Assembly: GCA_951406725.2 (NCBI GenBank)
Contig: OX597814.1
Span: 107,694,001-107,758,000, forward strand
DNA from: Octopus vulgaris
Taxonomy: Eukaryota
DNA length: 64,000 bases
Reading direction: 5' to 3'
A program made the translations under genes and the position numbers. Positions 38,105 to 52,770 of this stretch are shown piece after piece (within the stretch, counting starts at the first letter, position 1; each line of letters starts with the position of its first letter). Under the pieces are notes generated by a model. That model saw only the letters and a list, made by a program, of their open reading frames with translations, was not told the DNA's origin and ran no database searches.

Positions 38105-38668
38105 GTTATACACATGGTGGCTGCCCCCTCATTATCGAGTATGGCCATTGCACGAAGCTTAATCAATGTTGTTATCGTGCAATGCTTGTGCAAGAAGATT
38201 TTTTTTAAAGTGAGGAAAGGTTGTGCACTGAGTCAATCCCACTCACTAAGCAACAGCAGCCATAATCCGAAAAGAAGAACAAGTCAGCATCATCGGTAAC
38301 CACTGAACCGCAGGTTTTATATTGGAGTTATCCCAGTTACCTGAGTTACCTTCTCCTAGAAGGATGCCCTAACAAAGGCTAGGAGTCCTTCACTCCCAAT
38401 AGTTTAACCACGCGATCGGGTGTTCAGTCCGATTATTTCTATTTCCCTGTGCATGATACAGCCTTAAGATATTTATTGGATGGCCGTTGACTCTCAAGAG
38501 TTCCTCCACCCTTTGACGGGTTTTGTTTTTCATCCTACAGGGTGTCCAATAAACACCCTCCTCACCAAGCAAGCTTGGTGGGGTTGCCGGTTTAGTCACC
38601 GACGACCCAACCATGCAACAGGTTGTACTGGGTTACATGTTACCAGTAGCACTCGAAAGTGACCTGAC
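38105..38668 (-). mobile_element. Probable RTE-type LINE 5' UTR or RTE-related repeat
   Basis: The minus strand contains TAGGGCATCCTTCTAGGAGAAGGTAACTC and AAACCGGCAACCCC, resembling RTE 5' UTR motifs; GC-richer than its flanks. Recalled similarity only. Confidence 0.4.
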
Positions 38669-39006
38669 ATACATACATACATACATGCATGCATATTACA
38701 TACATACATACATTCAGTCTCATGCGGATGTCTCGTGTATAGTTCTGCATATTATATTTGCAATGATGATCATACTGAAGAGCTACGGACAATTATTTAA
38801 GTAATTTTGCATTAGAGTTAATAGTGAAATCAGTTTATGATTAATCTATATTTTGTTTCTTTTCATTTGTCTTGCTCGCTTACGTTCTAGCGTTTGCTAA
38901 ATTTTCTTGAGAACATTCCTTTCTTAGTGGTAAGACTATAGCGGATCTACTTCTAGCATAATGGATGTCCATGTAGTGGTCATCCTTCTTACATGTATAT
39001 ACATAT

Positions 39007-39178
39007 AATTAATTGTTATCGCCATATTAATATGGCAGTCTTATAGATATAAGACTAAAGTTGACACAAACTGTGTCAAATAGCTAGCTTAAGGCAATGG
39101 CCTCATGGAGCTAATCAGCGACAGCTTTTGTCTTATATCTATAAGACTGCCATATTAATATGGCGATAACAATTAATT
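39007..39178. repeat. Inverted repeat with 49-bp perfect arms and nested palindromes
   Basis: 39007-39055 pairs with 39130-39178; each arm contains GCCATATTAATATGGC and GTCTTATA-xx-TATAAGAC. Confidence 0.9.
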
Positions 39179-39699
39179 TCCAGTAACGCTGCCGTAATCT
39201 CTTTTAGAGAGACTTAGTAATTTTAATATTTCTATCATATACATATATATATGAATAAATATAAGATACATCAAATACATCACTAACAAGGGAAAAATAC
39301 GTGAACACACGAGAGACAAGTACAGAACAAATGAAAAGAAGTCAAACTCCTCCTCAGTTGTCGACTGTTAATTACTCCCTGTTTCATGCTTTTAACGACA
39401 AGATAGGAAAACTTCATAAGACAGCAGCATCCAGAAATTTTTAAAATATAAAATTTGTGGAGTTTTAAGGCTTCGAACAAACAAAAAACAGAGTGGATGT
39501 ATAAAGTAAACAATTGACGAAGACAAACATTAAAGGCTGTTAGACCAAGATGAATTGTAATGGCCAACGCCTGGGAGAAATTTTTAAAGGAAATAGAATA
39601 AATAGAGAAGGAAATAGTAAAAGAGAAAAAAAGGGAACAAATGTCAGCAGATGATAGAAAATTATGTCCAGCTAAGTACATATTGCATCCAGAACCCCC

Positions 39700-39985
39700 T
39701 TGAGTACATGAATGACCATGGGATTGCACCTAGAAAGTTCCCCTCCAAGGCACATTTGGGCAAGCTTGTTTATGGATGACCGGTAGTTACCCATGCATAC
39801 CAGCCTCTTCTCTCCACACTACCAGTGTTATCCAAGGGAAAGGCAATAGGGCTGATATAGATTGGCACCAGTGACATCACAACTCATTTCTAGACTGAGT
39901 TAACTGGAGCAACATGAAATAAAGTATCTTGCTCAAGAACACAACACACAGCCTGGTTTGGGAATCGAACTCACTAACTCATGAT
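39700..39985 (-). mobile_element. CORE-type SINE (family C), 5' truncated
   Basis: Minus strand: GAGTTCGATTCCC B-box, then GTGTTCTTGAGCAAGATACTTTATTTCATGTTGCTCCAGT; shared with 43870-43950 and 56296-56345. Confidence 0.7.
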
Positions 39986-41388
39986 TCCACCTTCTAACCC
40001 TGAAAGCGTTCTTGACAACTTGTTCCATTGTTAACCCTCTGCTTTTAATATCTTCCGTTATTGTTCTCCGTCACATTTCCTTTGGTCAGTCACCATCTTC
40101 TTTTACTTTGTGGAACCCATTGCAAAGCGATCCTGACAATTCAGTTTCGTTTATAGCTACAAACTCGACCCAGCCATTTCCATCTCCTTGCTTCTAGTTT
40201 CCCTTATTAGTTTCACGTTAGCCTTGGTGTGTAATTGGTTATTCAAGATCATATTCAGCCAGCAGATCTTCAAAATTTTTCATAAACATTTATTTTGAAA
40301 CCCCTCCAATTTGTTTTCAATACTTTTGGTTGTTTTCCAAGATTCGGATTCACAGAGGAGGATGCTAAGTATGTTGCCTTTGTAAAATCGTATTTTGGTG
40401 CTCAAGTTGAATATTGGTGATTTCCATATTGAGTTTAACATACCAAATGATTGGTTTGGTTGGCTTTGCCAATTCTTGTATTTATTTCATGAATACAGTC
40501 TCCATCCATTGTTATTTTGGTGTCTAGATAGGTAAACTCGTCAACATTTCTGATTGGTTTATCATTCAATGTCACATGGTCCACATCTGTTATATTTTTA
40601 CAAAGAGTGTACATTTTCTTCTTGTTGATTTTGAGACCTATGGTGTTGGCTATTTGACTAAGTCTTTCAGATTTGCCTTGTAACTCCTGAGGCGTGTATA
40701 GGAACAAACAAATGTCATCTGCATAATCTAGCTCTTCTAGTTGAGTTGTACTCCGTCCTCTGCCTCATTTATATTCTTTTGTCATTTTTTGCATCAACTA
40801 ATTCACTGCCAATGAAAATAAGATTGGTGATAACACGCATCCTTGTTTGAGTCCAGTTTTGATTTCAAACGGATCCGTCAGTTTATTGTTGTGTATAACT
40901 TGATATTCGAAGTTTTCATACAATAACTGAATCATCTTGACTAATTTCTGCGGAAAATCATAGTGTCTGAGAATATTGGTGAAAGCATTAGAAAGTTTTT
41001 ATAAAGTCAACAAACAGCACGTACAAAGATGAGTTCCATTCATGGGATTGTTCGAGTATTTGGCAAATTACAAAAATATTGTCAATACATGATTTTCCTT
41101 TCCTGATTCCAGCCTGCTCTTGGCAAAGTAATTGGTCTCCTGCTGCAGCTGTGATGCGCTGCAATATGATATGGTGAATATGTTACTGGTGATTGATAAT
41201 GGAGTGATTCCTCTCCAATTATTACAGTCTGATGCATCACCTTTCTTTGGTAATTTCACAATGAGTCCCTTTTTCCAGTTGTTTGGTATTTCCTCATTGA
41301 TGCAGACATTTTGTAAAATATTTTGGAAAATAACTGGTAATGTTTTGGCCTCTGCTTTAAGCATTTCAGCACAAACTCCATCTAATCT
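39986..41388 (-). pseudogene. RTE-clade LINE reverse transcriptase relic (5' truncated, disrupted)
   Basis: AEMLKA...IPNNWKKGLIVKLPKKGDASDCNNWRGIT; IKTGLKQGCVLSP (~40825-40863); LDYADDICL (~40707-40733); GLKINKKK...VDEFTYL...EINTRIGKA. Confidence 0.88.
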
Positions 41389-41997
41389 TACACACACACA
41401 CACACACATACGTATGTGTAAGCTGATGCTCCAGCATGACAACAGTCTAAAGACTGAAGCAAAAGGTAAAAGATGCATGCATGAGTGTATTTGAAGACAT
41501 ACACATACATACGCATATACATACACATATACACATGCATACACATACATACATACATGAATATACACACATGCACACAAACACACTGCATTATGTTTGT
41601 CCCCCACCATCACTTAACAACAGGTGTTGATGTTTTTATGTCCCCATATCCTAGCAGTTCAGTGAAAGAGACAGACAGACAGACAGAATAAGTACCAAAC
41701 TTTTAAAAAAGAAAGATAAGTACAAGTCGTCATTGACTTATGACCAGAATTGGTTCCGACTGACTGGTCGTAAGCCAATTTGGTCGTAAGTCAGCCTATA
41801 GGCCTACATATCATCATCATCATCATTGTTCGACCGTGGTCGAGACAATGGAATTTACCATGCTATGCCAGACTTCACGGTCCATCATGGCATTACGGAG
41901 GTCCTGTTGCTGGATTGCCTGTATCCCTGGAGATTAAATCAGGGTAGGAGAGTGTGCGCCCTCTGTAAAACTTTGTTTTATATTTCTACATACTTAA

Positions 41998-42216
41998 CCC
42001 TTTCGTTACCAACCTGGCTGAAACTGGCTCTGGTTCTGAGATACAAATGTCTTGTTTTCATAAGTTTTGAATTAAAATTTTCCACCAAACCTTAGTCACA
42101 ATTTATGTTCCTAACACTAGCTGAAAGATAACAGATATTTTACTAAATTATTTGTTATATTTAAAGTAATTGAAAGGAACACAAAGCATCTCAAAATAAA
42201 TACAGTAATGAAAGGA
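41998..42216. mobile_element. piggyBac-like MITE
   Basis: TTAA on both sides (41994-41997, 42217-42220); imperfect TIR CCCTTTCGTTAC / GTAATGAAAGGA (10/12). Confidence 0.7.
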
Positions 42217-42702
42217 TTAAGGAACATTCTCAGGTAAAAGTCACACACACCATTCTGTATTATACTATTATACTGGCGTTAGTCAAAGATTTCAGAGTCT
42301 TAAGCAGTCGTCTTATAAACAAATATGAGGTTGCCTTGATGTCTCCACAACAGAATAATCATCCAACACAGTGGCAATCAATAACTAAACCTAGGAGAAG
42401 CGTTTGTTAGCTGACGTCATCCATAGACAGGTTAATTTCTAAGAAATTTAGGCTATTAAATTTCAACTGGACTATTTATTATTGCTGCCAGGAGCTGGCG
42501 CACCAATCGTTGTAAAGTCAATCGGTCGTGAGTCGGATAAGTCATAAGTCGACAACAACCTTTAATGGGGGTTGATTCATAAAAACTAAAATTACTCCAA
42601 GGTAGTGCTCTAGCATGACAGCAGTCTAAAGACTGAAGCAAACGGTAGAAGATGCATGCATGAGTGTATTTGAAGACAAACACATACATACACATACATA
42701 TC

Positions 42703-42925
42703 TATTTCTTTACTACCCACAAGGGGCTAAACACAGACGGGACAAACAAGGACAGACAAACGAATTAAGTCGATTATATTGACCCCAGTGCATAACTGGT
42801 ACTTATTTAATCGACCCTGAAAGGATGAAAGGCAAAGTCAACCTCGGCAGAATTTGACCTCAGAACGTAGCGGCGGATGAAATACCGCTAGGCATTTTGC
42901 CCGGCGTGCTAACATTTCTGCCAGC
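42703..42925 (-). mobile_element. SINE family B copy
   Basis: Homologous to 37456-37686. Confidence 0.8.
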
Positions 42926-42965
42926 ATACATGAACACACACACATGCACACAAACACACTCTCAT

Positions 42966-43005
<40 letters not shown>

Positions 43006-43679
43006 ACACTGAATGAGAGACATTAAACCGTCTGATGTTAAATAAATCAGTGACACCAAATAAGTGGCGCCAAAACAGCTGTGCCAAAACATCTCATACC
43101 ATATATAAATAGTCAAACATTTTTTTTATTTCCCTTCTCAATTCTCTGCCATATTCTTCCTATGTCCCATATCAACCAGAAAGAATATTCTGGATCTAGC
43201 TTCAATCTCACAACATCCTCACCTCTGGTGAAAGTGCCATACATGCCTTACTAAATTCCTACCAAGACCTTTGTATTTTACGCTATTTCTTTCATCTCCC
43301 CACTCCATAATGCCTTCCAAATGCATTATGTCTGAATGTTTGCAACTTTTAGATGGGTTCCTGGTGATGAGTTAAGTTTACTCACAAAGTTAGCCATAGC
43401 AGAACTTAAACTTTGAACACAAGAACATCCGATCTAATGTTCTAACACTTCTGTCATTGTACCACCTTGGATTCGTTCCTTTTTATCGTCCCTGGGAGAA
43501 TAAAAGGCAAAGGTGACTGGAAAAGGATTTGAACTCAAACTGTAAGGAGTCAAAACAAAAACTGCAAAGGCATTCTGCCTGACTCTCTAACGACTCTGCC
43601 AATTCACTACATGACTGTTACCATTTCTAAGTTCTCCTGTCCGTTTGCTTCCTGTCAAAGACTTTGACAGCATGCCATA

Positions 43680-44008
43680 AACTGGTACTCCATTGGTCAC
43701 GACGAGTGTTCCAGCCGATCCGATCAACGGAACATCTGCTCAGGAAATTAAGGTGCAGAAGTGGCTGAGCACTCCACAGACATGCGTACCTTTAATCTAG
43801 TACTCAGGGAGACTCAGTGTGACACAGAAATGTGACAAGGCTGGCCCCTTTGTATTACAGGTAGAAATCATTTTTGCCAGCTCAGTTGACTGGAGCAATG
43901 TGAAATGAAGTGTCTTGCTCAAGGATACAAAGTGCTGCCAGGAATTGAACTCACAACTTTATGGTTGTGAGCCGAATACTCCAGCCACTAAGCCATGTGC
44001 CTTCACTC
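43680..44008 (-). mobile_element. CORE-type tRNA SINE (family C)
   Basis: Minus strand: TGGCTTAGTGG A-box, GAGTTCAATTCC B-box, then TCCTTGAGCAAGACACTTCATTTCACATTGCTCCAGTC. Confidence 0.75.
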
Positions 44009-44608
44009 ACCACTCAAAACACTCTAACCCTTTACATTGAAGAGGAACATCGAAGACAACCAATCAACTGATCACACCCTGTGTTCCTTAAGCACCCATA
44101 AGTCCTTTGGTCATGTACAAATACTCTCTGAAGTTCCTTCATTCCATGCTTGCTGCATTAGAATCCTCATCACTCCGAAGACATAAAAACAGTCTTTGTA
44201 AATCTTATATGAAGCATCATTGATGCCCAAGGTATTATTCTATGTTGCCTTCTTCCCAAATATGGGGTGTGGCAAAACAACTCCTCCATATTTATAAATT
44301 TTGACAAAACTTTAAACAGAAAATGTACAGCGTACACTGAATCACACCATATTTGTAATTGAAACAAAAATGGTAAAGCACTAACTACACAAAGACATCA
44401 TTACCATTTGCTTAACTACATTGGCACTGTACCAATAGTCATGTAAAATATGGGATGTTTTTCTGTCTCACCCCCTATCTGTTGTAGGATCTGAACAACA
44501 AAACTGAATTTGTCTGGCAGAGGTGGAAGTAACTCTTCAATGATAAAAAAGATGTAAGGGACGTCTTGTTGACATCTGACTATACATTGAATAAATGATC
44601 ATGAAGTA

Positions 44609-44997
44609 GGCATAGGAGTGGCTGTGTGGTAAGTAGCTTGCTTACCAACCACATGGTTCCGGGTTCAGTCCCACTGCATGGAATCTTGGGCAAGTGTCTT
44701 CTACGATAGCCTCGGGTCGACCAAAGCCTTCTGAGTGAATTTGGTAGACGGAAACTGAAAGAAGCCCATCGCATATATATACATATGTATGTATGTCTGT
44801 GTTTGTCCCCTAGCATCGCTTGACAACTGATGCTGGTGTGTTTACATCCACGTAACTTAGCGGTTCAGCAAGAGACCGATAGAATAAGTACCAGGCTTAC
44901 AAAGAATAAGTCCTGGGGTCGATTTGCTCGACTAAAGGTGGTGTTCAAGCATCGCCACAGTCAAATGACTAAAACAAGTAAAAAAGTAAAAGAGAAA
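44609..44997 (+). mobile_element. SINE family A, full length
   Basis: Colinear with 2534-3010; a truncated head follows at 45221-45303. Confidence 0.85.
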
Positions 44998-45554
44998 GAC
45001 TTTCTTTAGATATATTTAAAGTGTTCTTATCTGTTTTGGCCAAGGAAATTTTTGGTGAAACTAACACCAAAGAGAGTAAATGGTTTTTGACATTTTTCAC
45101 TTCCTCTCTCCTTTTTTGTGTCTTCTCCACATTTGCTGGACACAGAATAAACACTTTTTACCTCACCCAACAAACATTGGATAATTTCCTTGTCTTGAGT
45201 CAGGGCAGCATTGAGTAAATGGCACGGGTGTGGCTGTGTGGAAAGAAGCTTGCTTCCCAACCACATATTTCCCTGTTCAGTTCCAATGTGTCCCATCTTG
45301 GGCTTTAGATGTATTTAATGCAAGAAGCAAGCTTGGTTTCTTTCTCTAACGCTTTACATTGTTGAAACTACAGACGTGAAAGTGTGGAAAACCAAATAGG
45401 AATTTGGGAAAAAGTGCCTATAAAACAAGTTTTTAAACTTGAAATGGCTGCCAGGGTCCACTGTATTCAAAAAGGGATGAATGAGTGTAAAATGGATGAA
45501 AACTACTATCCTGAATGATTCAATAAATAGCATGACAGAATCGTATATACGTTT

Positions 45555-46160
45555 GTGTGTATAGCAGTATGCGTGTGTGTGTGGGGGGGTCAGTGCGTGT
45601 GTGTATGGGGTGAATGTGTGCATGAGAGTTGGTGTATGTATGTGTGTGTGTGGTGTATGTGTGCGTGTGTGTGGGTGAGTGTGTGGAGTGCATGTGTGTA
45701 TGGGGAGTGTGTGTGTATGAGAGTGTGTATGTGTGAGTGTGTGTGTGTGATGTGTATGTGTGTGAATGTGTGTGATGTGTATGTGTGAGAGTGATTGTGT
45801 ATGGGGGGGGCGAGTGTATGTGTGTAGTGTGAGTGTGTGTGTGAGTGTGTGTATGCGTGTATGAGTGTGTGTCTATGGGGTTTGTGTGTGCGTCTGTGTG
45901 AGGGTGTGGTGTGTGTGTGTGTGAGTGTATGTGTGGTGTGTGTGTCTGTATGAGAGTGTATGTGTGAGTGTGTGCCTGTGTGGTGTGTGTGTGTGAGTGT
46001 GTGTATGGGGTATGTGTGTGTGCATGTGTGTAAGTGTGTGTGTGTGTATGTGTGTATGCATGAGAGTGTATGTATGTATGTGTGTGAGTGTGTGTGTGTG
46101 TTGTATGTGTGTGTGACGTGATATATGTGTGTGAGTGAGTGTGTATGAATGTATTTATGT
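45555..46160. repeat. Degenerate (TG)n-rich tract
   Basis: Directly visible. Confidence 0.9.
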
Positions 46161-46757
46161 ATTCTTTTATTTTTTTACTCTTTTACTAGTTTCAGCCAGA
46201 GATTGGGGTCATGCTGGAGCACTGTCTTTCAGTATTTTAGGGTCTCCTTTCTATACTGTTTTTGATGAAGAAGCGAGTTAGACGAAGCTGCTCCCCTTTG
46301 CACCTCCTGCTGTGGTGTGGGTTCATCTCAGATTTCAGATAAAAATTTGTCCAGGGGTTTTTTTAACGTTTCCACATCTACACCTTACAGACCCCTTAGG
46401 TTCCCTGGAAGAATATTAAACAGTTATGGTCCCTGAAACACAAGCTGCTACAATACTAGGGTCCTTATCTGAGATGAAGGAAACAGTTTGTTTGGTATTA
46501 TGCAGTGCCCTCCAGTTCGGTGGTTGGTATACCTTTTAATTCTAAAGCTAGGAGCTAGGCCTTCCAGGATATTCCATATATACAAGGAGTAGATAAAACA
46601 GAGGACTACTGATGAAGGGATTGTTCTTTATGTTGCCTGTCTCATTTCTCTATTTGTTTCTTTCATTGTTTGAAAAAAGTTCATTTTCCATGTTTCTGTT
46701 TTTTTATGTTCTTGTTTTTCATTTTGTTTACATATATACAAACATATATATATATAC

Positions 46758-46796
<39 letters not shown>

Positions 46797-47059
46797 ACAG
46801 GTTTAATTTCTATGCATTAATTTGTACTGTCTTCATTAACGGCAATAGGTTTTTTCCTCGGTTTTTTCCTCGGATTTTATAATTTTTATAAGTTTTTTTA
46901 TATATATATACATATATTTTTGACCTTTTTGTTTATCGCTCGAAGATTGACCGTCTTTTTTTTTTTTTTCTAAAGGGCCAATCAAACAAGTCCATTTCTT
47001 TTTAAAGGTGTAGCGTTTGTAAGAGTATAGATTGAATTAATATATAAGTTCCATTCTAG

Positions 47060-47110
47060 CAAAAACTGTCTGATGAACGGCAACGAGAAACTCAGAGTAA
47101 CAGATTTTGT
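47060..47110 (+). ncRNA. Type I hammerhead-ribozyme-like motif
   Basis: CTGT-CTGATGA-ACG-GCAA-CGA-GAAA-CTC-A-GAG-TA-ACAG: canonical CUGAUGA/GAAA core, stem III ACTC/GAGT, GUA cleavage triplet, stem I extendable to CAAAAACTGT/ACAGATTTTG; stem II is weak. Confidence 0.6.
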
Positions 47111-47133
47111 TGAATTTTCTGCTGCTTAAAATA

Positions 47134-47338
<205 letters not shown>

Positions 47339-47684
47339 ATGGAATTGAGAAGATCACATTGTTTTACACTATTTTATTCCCTCTGGAATAATACCATTGT
47401 TTTCTTTGAAACATATGTTGGAAGTATAAAGATTTGAATAACACCTATGTTTAACGCCATTTCTTTATTCATCTGTTACACATTTCACTAAACCCTGGAA
47501 TTTCTACCTTTGTAAATTCGCAGTAACATCCTTAGTATATGCCACCCTGGTAACTATTTATATATTTTCTCGTGTTATTTGTAAACATTGAAAAATACAC
47601 ATACACACACACACATATATATATATATATATGATTGCTAAATATGCAGTTTTATTTATTCGCTTTGTTTATTTCCTCATGTTC

Positions 47685-47722
47685 CTTTGTGTTGAAGAGC
47701 GTAGACTCGAAACGTAAAAGAC
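47685..47722 (+). ncRNA. Degenerate hammerhead-like motif in a dispersed repeat
   Basis: CTTT-GTGTTGA-A-GAGC-GTAG-ACTC-GAAA-CGT-A-AAAG; the same repeat (~47660-47805) recurs at 55425-55590; core mutated. Confidence 0.4.
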
Positions 47723-48078
47723 TTTCTCACTTTACCGAGCGTCAAACTAATACACTACAGCTTCGTTTATACACCTGCCTCTGTCTTTTGTTTTTCTGTA
47801 AATTTCAACTGGGAGCAGCTGTTTCATCCAAAGCATATATTGTTGTTAAATGCTCGAAATACGAGACTAGAAAAACACCCAACAACTGATAAAGAGTCGT
47901 TTTTAATGTTGTTTGTTTTGTTTTCCATTTGTGTCTTTCATTGTTCATGTTCAAGAATAATTCATGTTCAGTGTACTCGTGCTTCATACTTTTTTGTTGT
48001 ACACGTTTCATGATGTCCTGCACCCACATATACATATATATATACGTATAGATGTATGTACATATATGAATGTATATA

Positions 48079-48148
<70 letters not shown>

Positions 48149-48598
48149 CATACATATATACATATCTATATATAGTATTATAGGAAAAAGTACTTAATAC
48201 GATTGTAGAGATAAATATTTTATTTTTGTTTAGTTGACCTCTTCTTACTCTGAGTTTCACCTGTAGGTGCACAGGCTCTTCAGGCAATTCAGAATTGGAA
48301 ATTGATCGGACTTGCATGCTTATATAGTTTTTACGCTTATACATCATTTTTGATCTATAGTTCTCTTTCTTCTTCACTCTCTCTCTCTCTCTCTCTCCAC
48401 ACATACATACACACAAACATACATTCATACACCTCCATACACAATATTCACCGTAAGATAAAACGAACAATTTCACATATTTCAGACTGTTGTCACAAAC
48501 AATTAACAACACATCACCACACGTTCGTTTCAACTCTGCATCTACCTACCGTATTTTGCTTCGCAAACTTAACCCAATTCATATTATATTAAACACAC

Positions 48599-48639
<41 letters not shown>

Positions 48640-48667
48640 CTATGTGCGCGTGTGTGCATTGATTTTT

Positions 48668-48784
48668 TCTTTTAACAAGAATAGTATCGACAGGGACTTC
48701 TAAGTTTCCTTCACTTAAACCATCGTCGATCACTTAACTGGCCGAAACTTCGAAGTCACTATCAACAACATTCTTGCTTAAGAA
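48668..48784. mobile_element. Small hairpin MITE-like element
   Basis: Imperfect ~40-bp inverted ends; the right arm GGCCGAAACTTCGAAGTCACT...CTTG.TTAAGAA is the reverse complement of the sequence at ~37118-37161. Confidence 0.55.
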
Positions 48785-49156
48785 GAATAAATTTGTGCTC
48801 GACAAAATACAGAGTAACCCATCAGATTAATGCAAAACTTGTTTTTATCGAGTCTGAACATCAAAAAAAAAAAAAAATTAGCATTATGTGTTTGTGTGTG
48901 TGTGTGTGTGCGTGTGCGTGCGTGTTCTAACTTAGCGGTTCGGCATAGCGATTGACGAAATAAGTAGTAGGGTTTAAAATAAAAAAGAAAAAAAATACTA
49001 TCATGCATTCATTAGACTAGAATTCTTGAAGGCGGTGCCCCAGTATGGCCTCAGTCTATTGCCTAAAACAAGAAAAAAATACGCACACACACACACACAT
49101 ATATATACACACATATTTATATATATATATACATATATATATATATACATACATAC

Positions 49157-49209
<53 letters not shown>

Positions 49210-49589
49210 CATATATATGTACACACATATATTACACTCTGCATATATATATGTGTGTGTGTATGTATGTATAATATACACACTATAAATAAATATATAT
49301 ATATACACACACATTTGAGTGTGTATGTAATGTTGTTTGCCCCCTGTAAACTTTCTAGCCTTATTGCCCCTGCTATGTTGTATTTTTCCCCCTCTCTCTC
49401 TCAGCCTCTCCCCAGCGCTGATCCCTCCCCGCTATCACCTCCATCACCGCCACCTTCCCCTTCCCGTGCTCGCTCCAAATGCTGGCTGTCCTCGTTTCCT
49501 TGTTCACTTCACTCAATTGAATGCGTGTATTACGTCATCCGCAGAGAAAGCGAGTCCAGATCTCTTTCTCTCTCTCTCTCTTCACATAA

Positions 49590-51010
<1,421 letters not shown>

Positions 51011-51499
51011 ACATATTTCTAAGTAGGGTGACCTTCACCTTTATCAACTTCATCTAAACATCAATTCTGTGTTTATTAAATGTTGAAATATTGAGCGGAG
51101 AGGAAGAGGGAGAAGGAAACTAACGAGGGTAGAGGGATGAGAGATAGAGAGAGTGATAGTGAGAGAGGTGGGAGAGATTGAGAAAAAAGAGAGAAAGTGT
51201 GAGAGAGTGAAAACGAGAGTGTATGAGTGAGAGGCAGAGTAGGAGTGAGGGTACGAGGAAAGGAGAGAGAAAGAAAGAGAGAGTGAAAAAAAACCTTTAT
51301 TCCGAAAACTATAAACAGCAGATCGTAAAACGAGAATTATATACTCATGTACTTTATAAGTATGTGCATATATATATACGCGTATACTTAAGATACGTAT
51401 GCACAAATATACGCAGATGTATACATATATTTATATATATAACACTATATTGGGAGAATAACTTTGATAGTAATAGGGAAATGTTTGTGTATGTGTATG

Positions 51500-51535
<36 letters not shown>

Positions 51536-52034
51536 TATATATATATACGTAAATCTGAGATAGTGGATGGCTTGCAATATTTGTGTACCTAGGTATCTAG
51601 TCAACAATTCCAAAACATGAATGGTTAGGTAACTAAAGAAACAGTTACACTTTTTAAAAAGTTTAGAATATTTTATATTTAATGTTTCAATATTTATGTT
51701 AGAATAAAATAGTATAGCACGCACAAATGCTGACATAATAATCGCAATTTCTTTTCTCTCTTAATTAACTCCCTACTTTAATTAGATCTTTAATAAAACA
51801 TTCTGTGTGGTTTGGCATTAACTGATTGTCTCCACTCCAGAAGTTTTCAAGTGTCCAGATTTGTTTCAATAAATAACCACAAATGATCGTTAAAAGGTTA
51901 TATTAAAGTTGGATTTCTATGTAATAGAATAACCATCGTTCATTATTATTCCTCGCTAAATTTTATTGATAAAACGAAGGGGTGACGTGATGCAGTTTGA
52001 AATGGAAGTCAAATGCTGGAGATGTGAAACAAAG

Positions 52035-52732
52035 CAAGAAAAGAGAGAGTGAGAGAGAAATAAAGAAAGAGAGGAGAAATAGAGAAGAGACAGAGAGAGA
52101 AATAAAGAAAAAGAGGACAGAGAAAGAGAAATAAAGAAAGAGAGGAGAGATATAGAAGAGACAGAGAGAGAAATAAAGAAAGAGAGAAGAGAGAGAGAAA
52201 TGGTGATGAAGGGAGTTTGAGTAAATGGGGACAGTGAAGATAACAAGGGGGGACAAGTGAAAGTAGATGTGAAGGTTGGAGTCGGAGAAGAGCGGGAAAA
52301 TAGATTGCTGTGAGGTAGGATAGATGTAATGGAGGGGATGACAGAGGTGTAATAGAATATGAGTGAAAAGAGAGAGGTAGGAAGAGTTAAAGTGATAGGC
52401 AAAGAAGTAAAAGGGAGATACACGAGAAGGAGAGAGAGAGGCAGAATTGTAAGAGGTAAGAGAGATAAAGGAGGAAGCGAGTAAGTCAGATAGAGTGAGA
52501 GAGAGAGAGAGAGAAAAAAGGAGAACGGTGGAGTAGGAAAAGAGTGGTAGAAGAGCGAGAGAAGAGAAAGTACCAAGAGGTAGGAGGAGAAGAGGAATAG
52601 GAGTAGTAGAGGAAAAGAGAGAGAGAGGTAGCAGGAAAGGATAAGAAGAGAGGTAGATGAATGCCAGAGAGGGGCGAAAGGGAAGAGAGAAGAGAGAAAG
52701 AAAGAAGGAAAAGAAGAGAGATAAAGATTGCA

Positions 52733-52767
<35 letters not shown>

Positions 52768-52770
52768 AGT
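52035..52770. repeat. Purine-rich low-complexity tract with short internal repeats (GAGAAATAAAGAAA)
   Basis: Directly visible. Confidence 0.85.

Noticed and set aside
44150-44580. Possible Tc1-like transposase relic on the minus strand
   Set aside because: Only a vague resemblance (RRQHRIIPWAS); no catalytic motif could be confirmed
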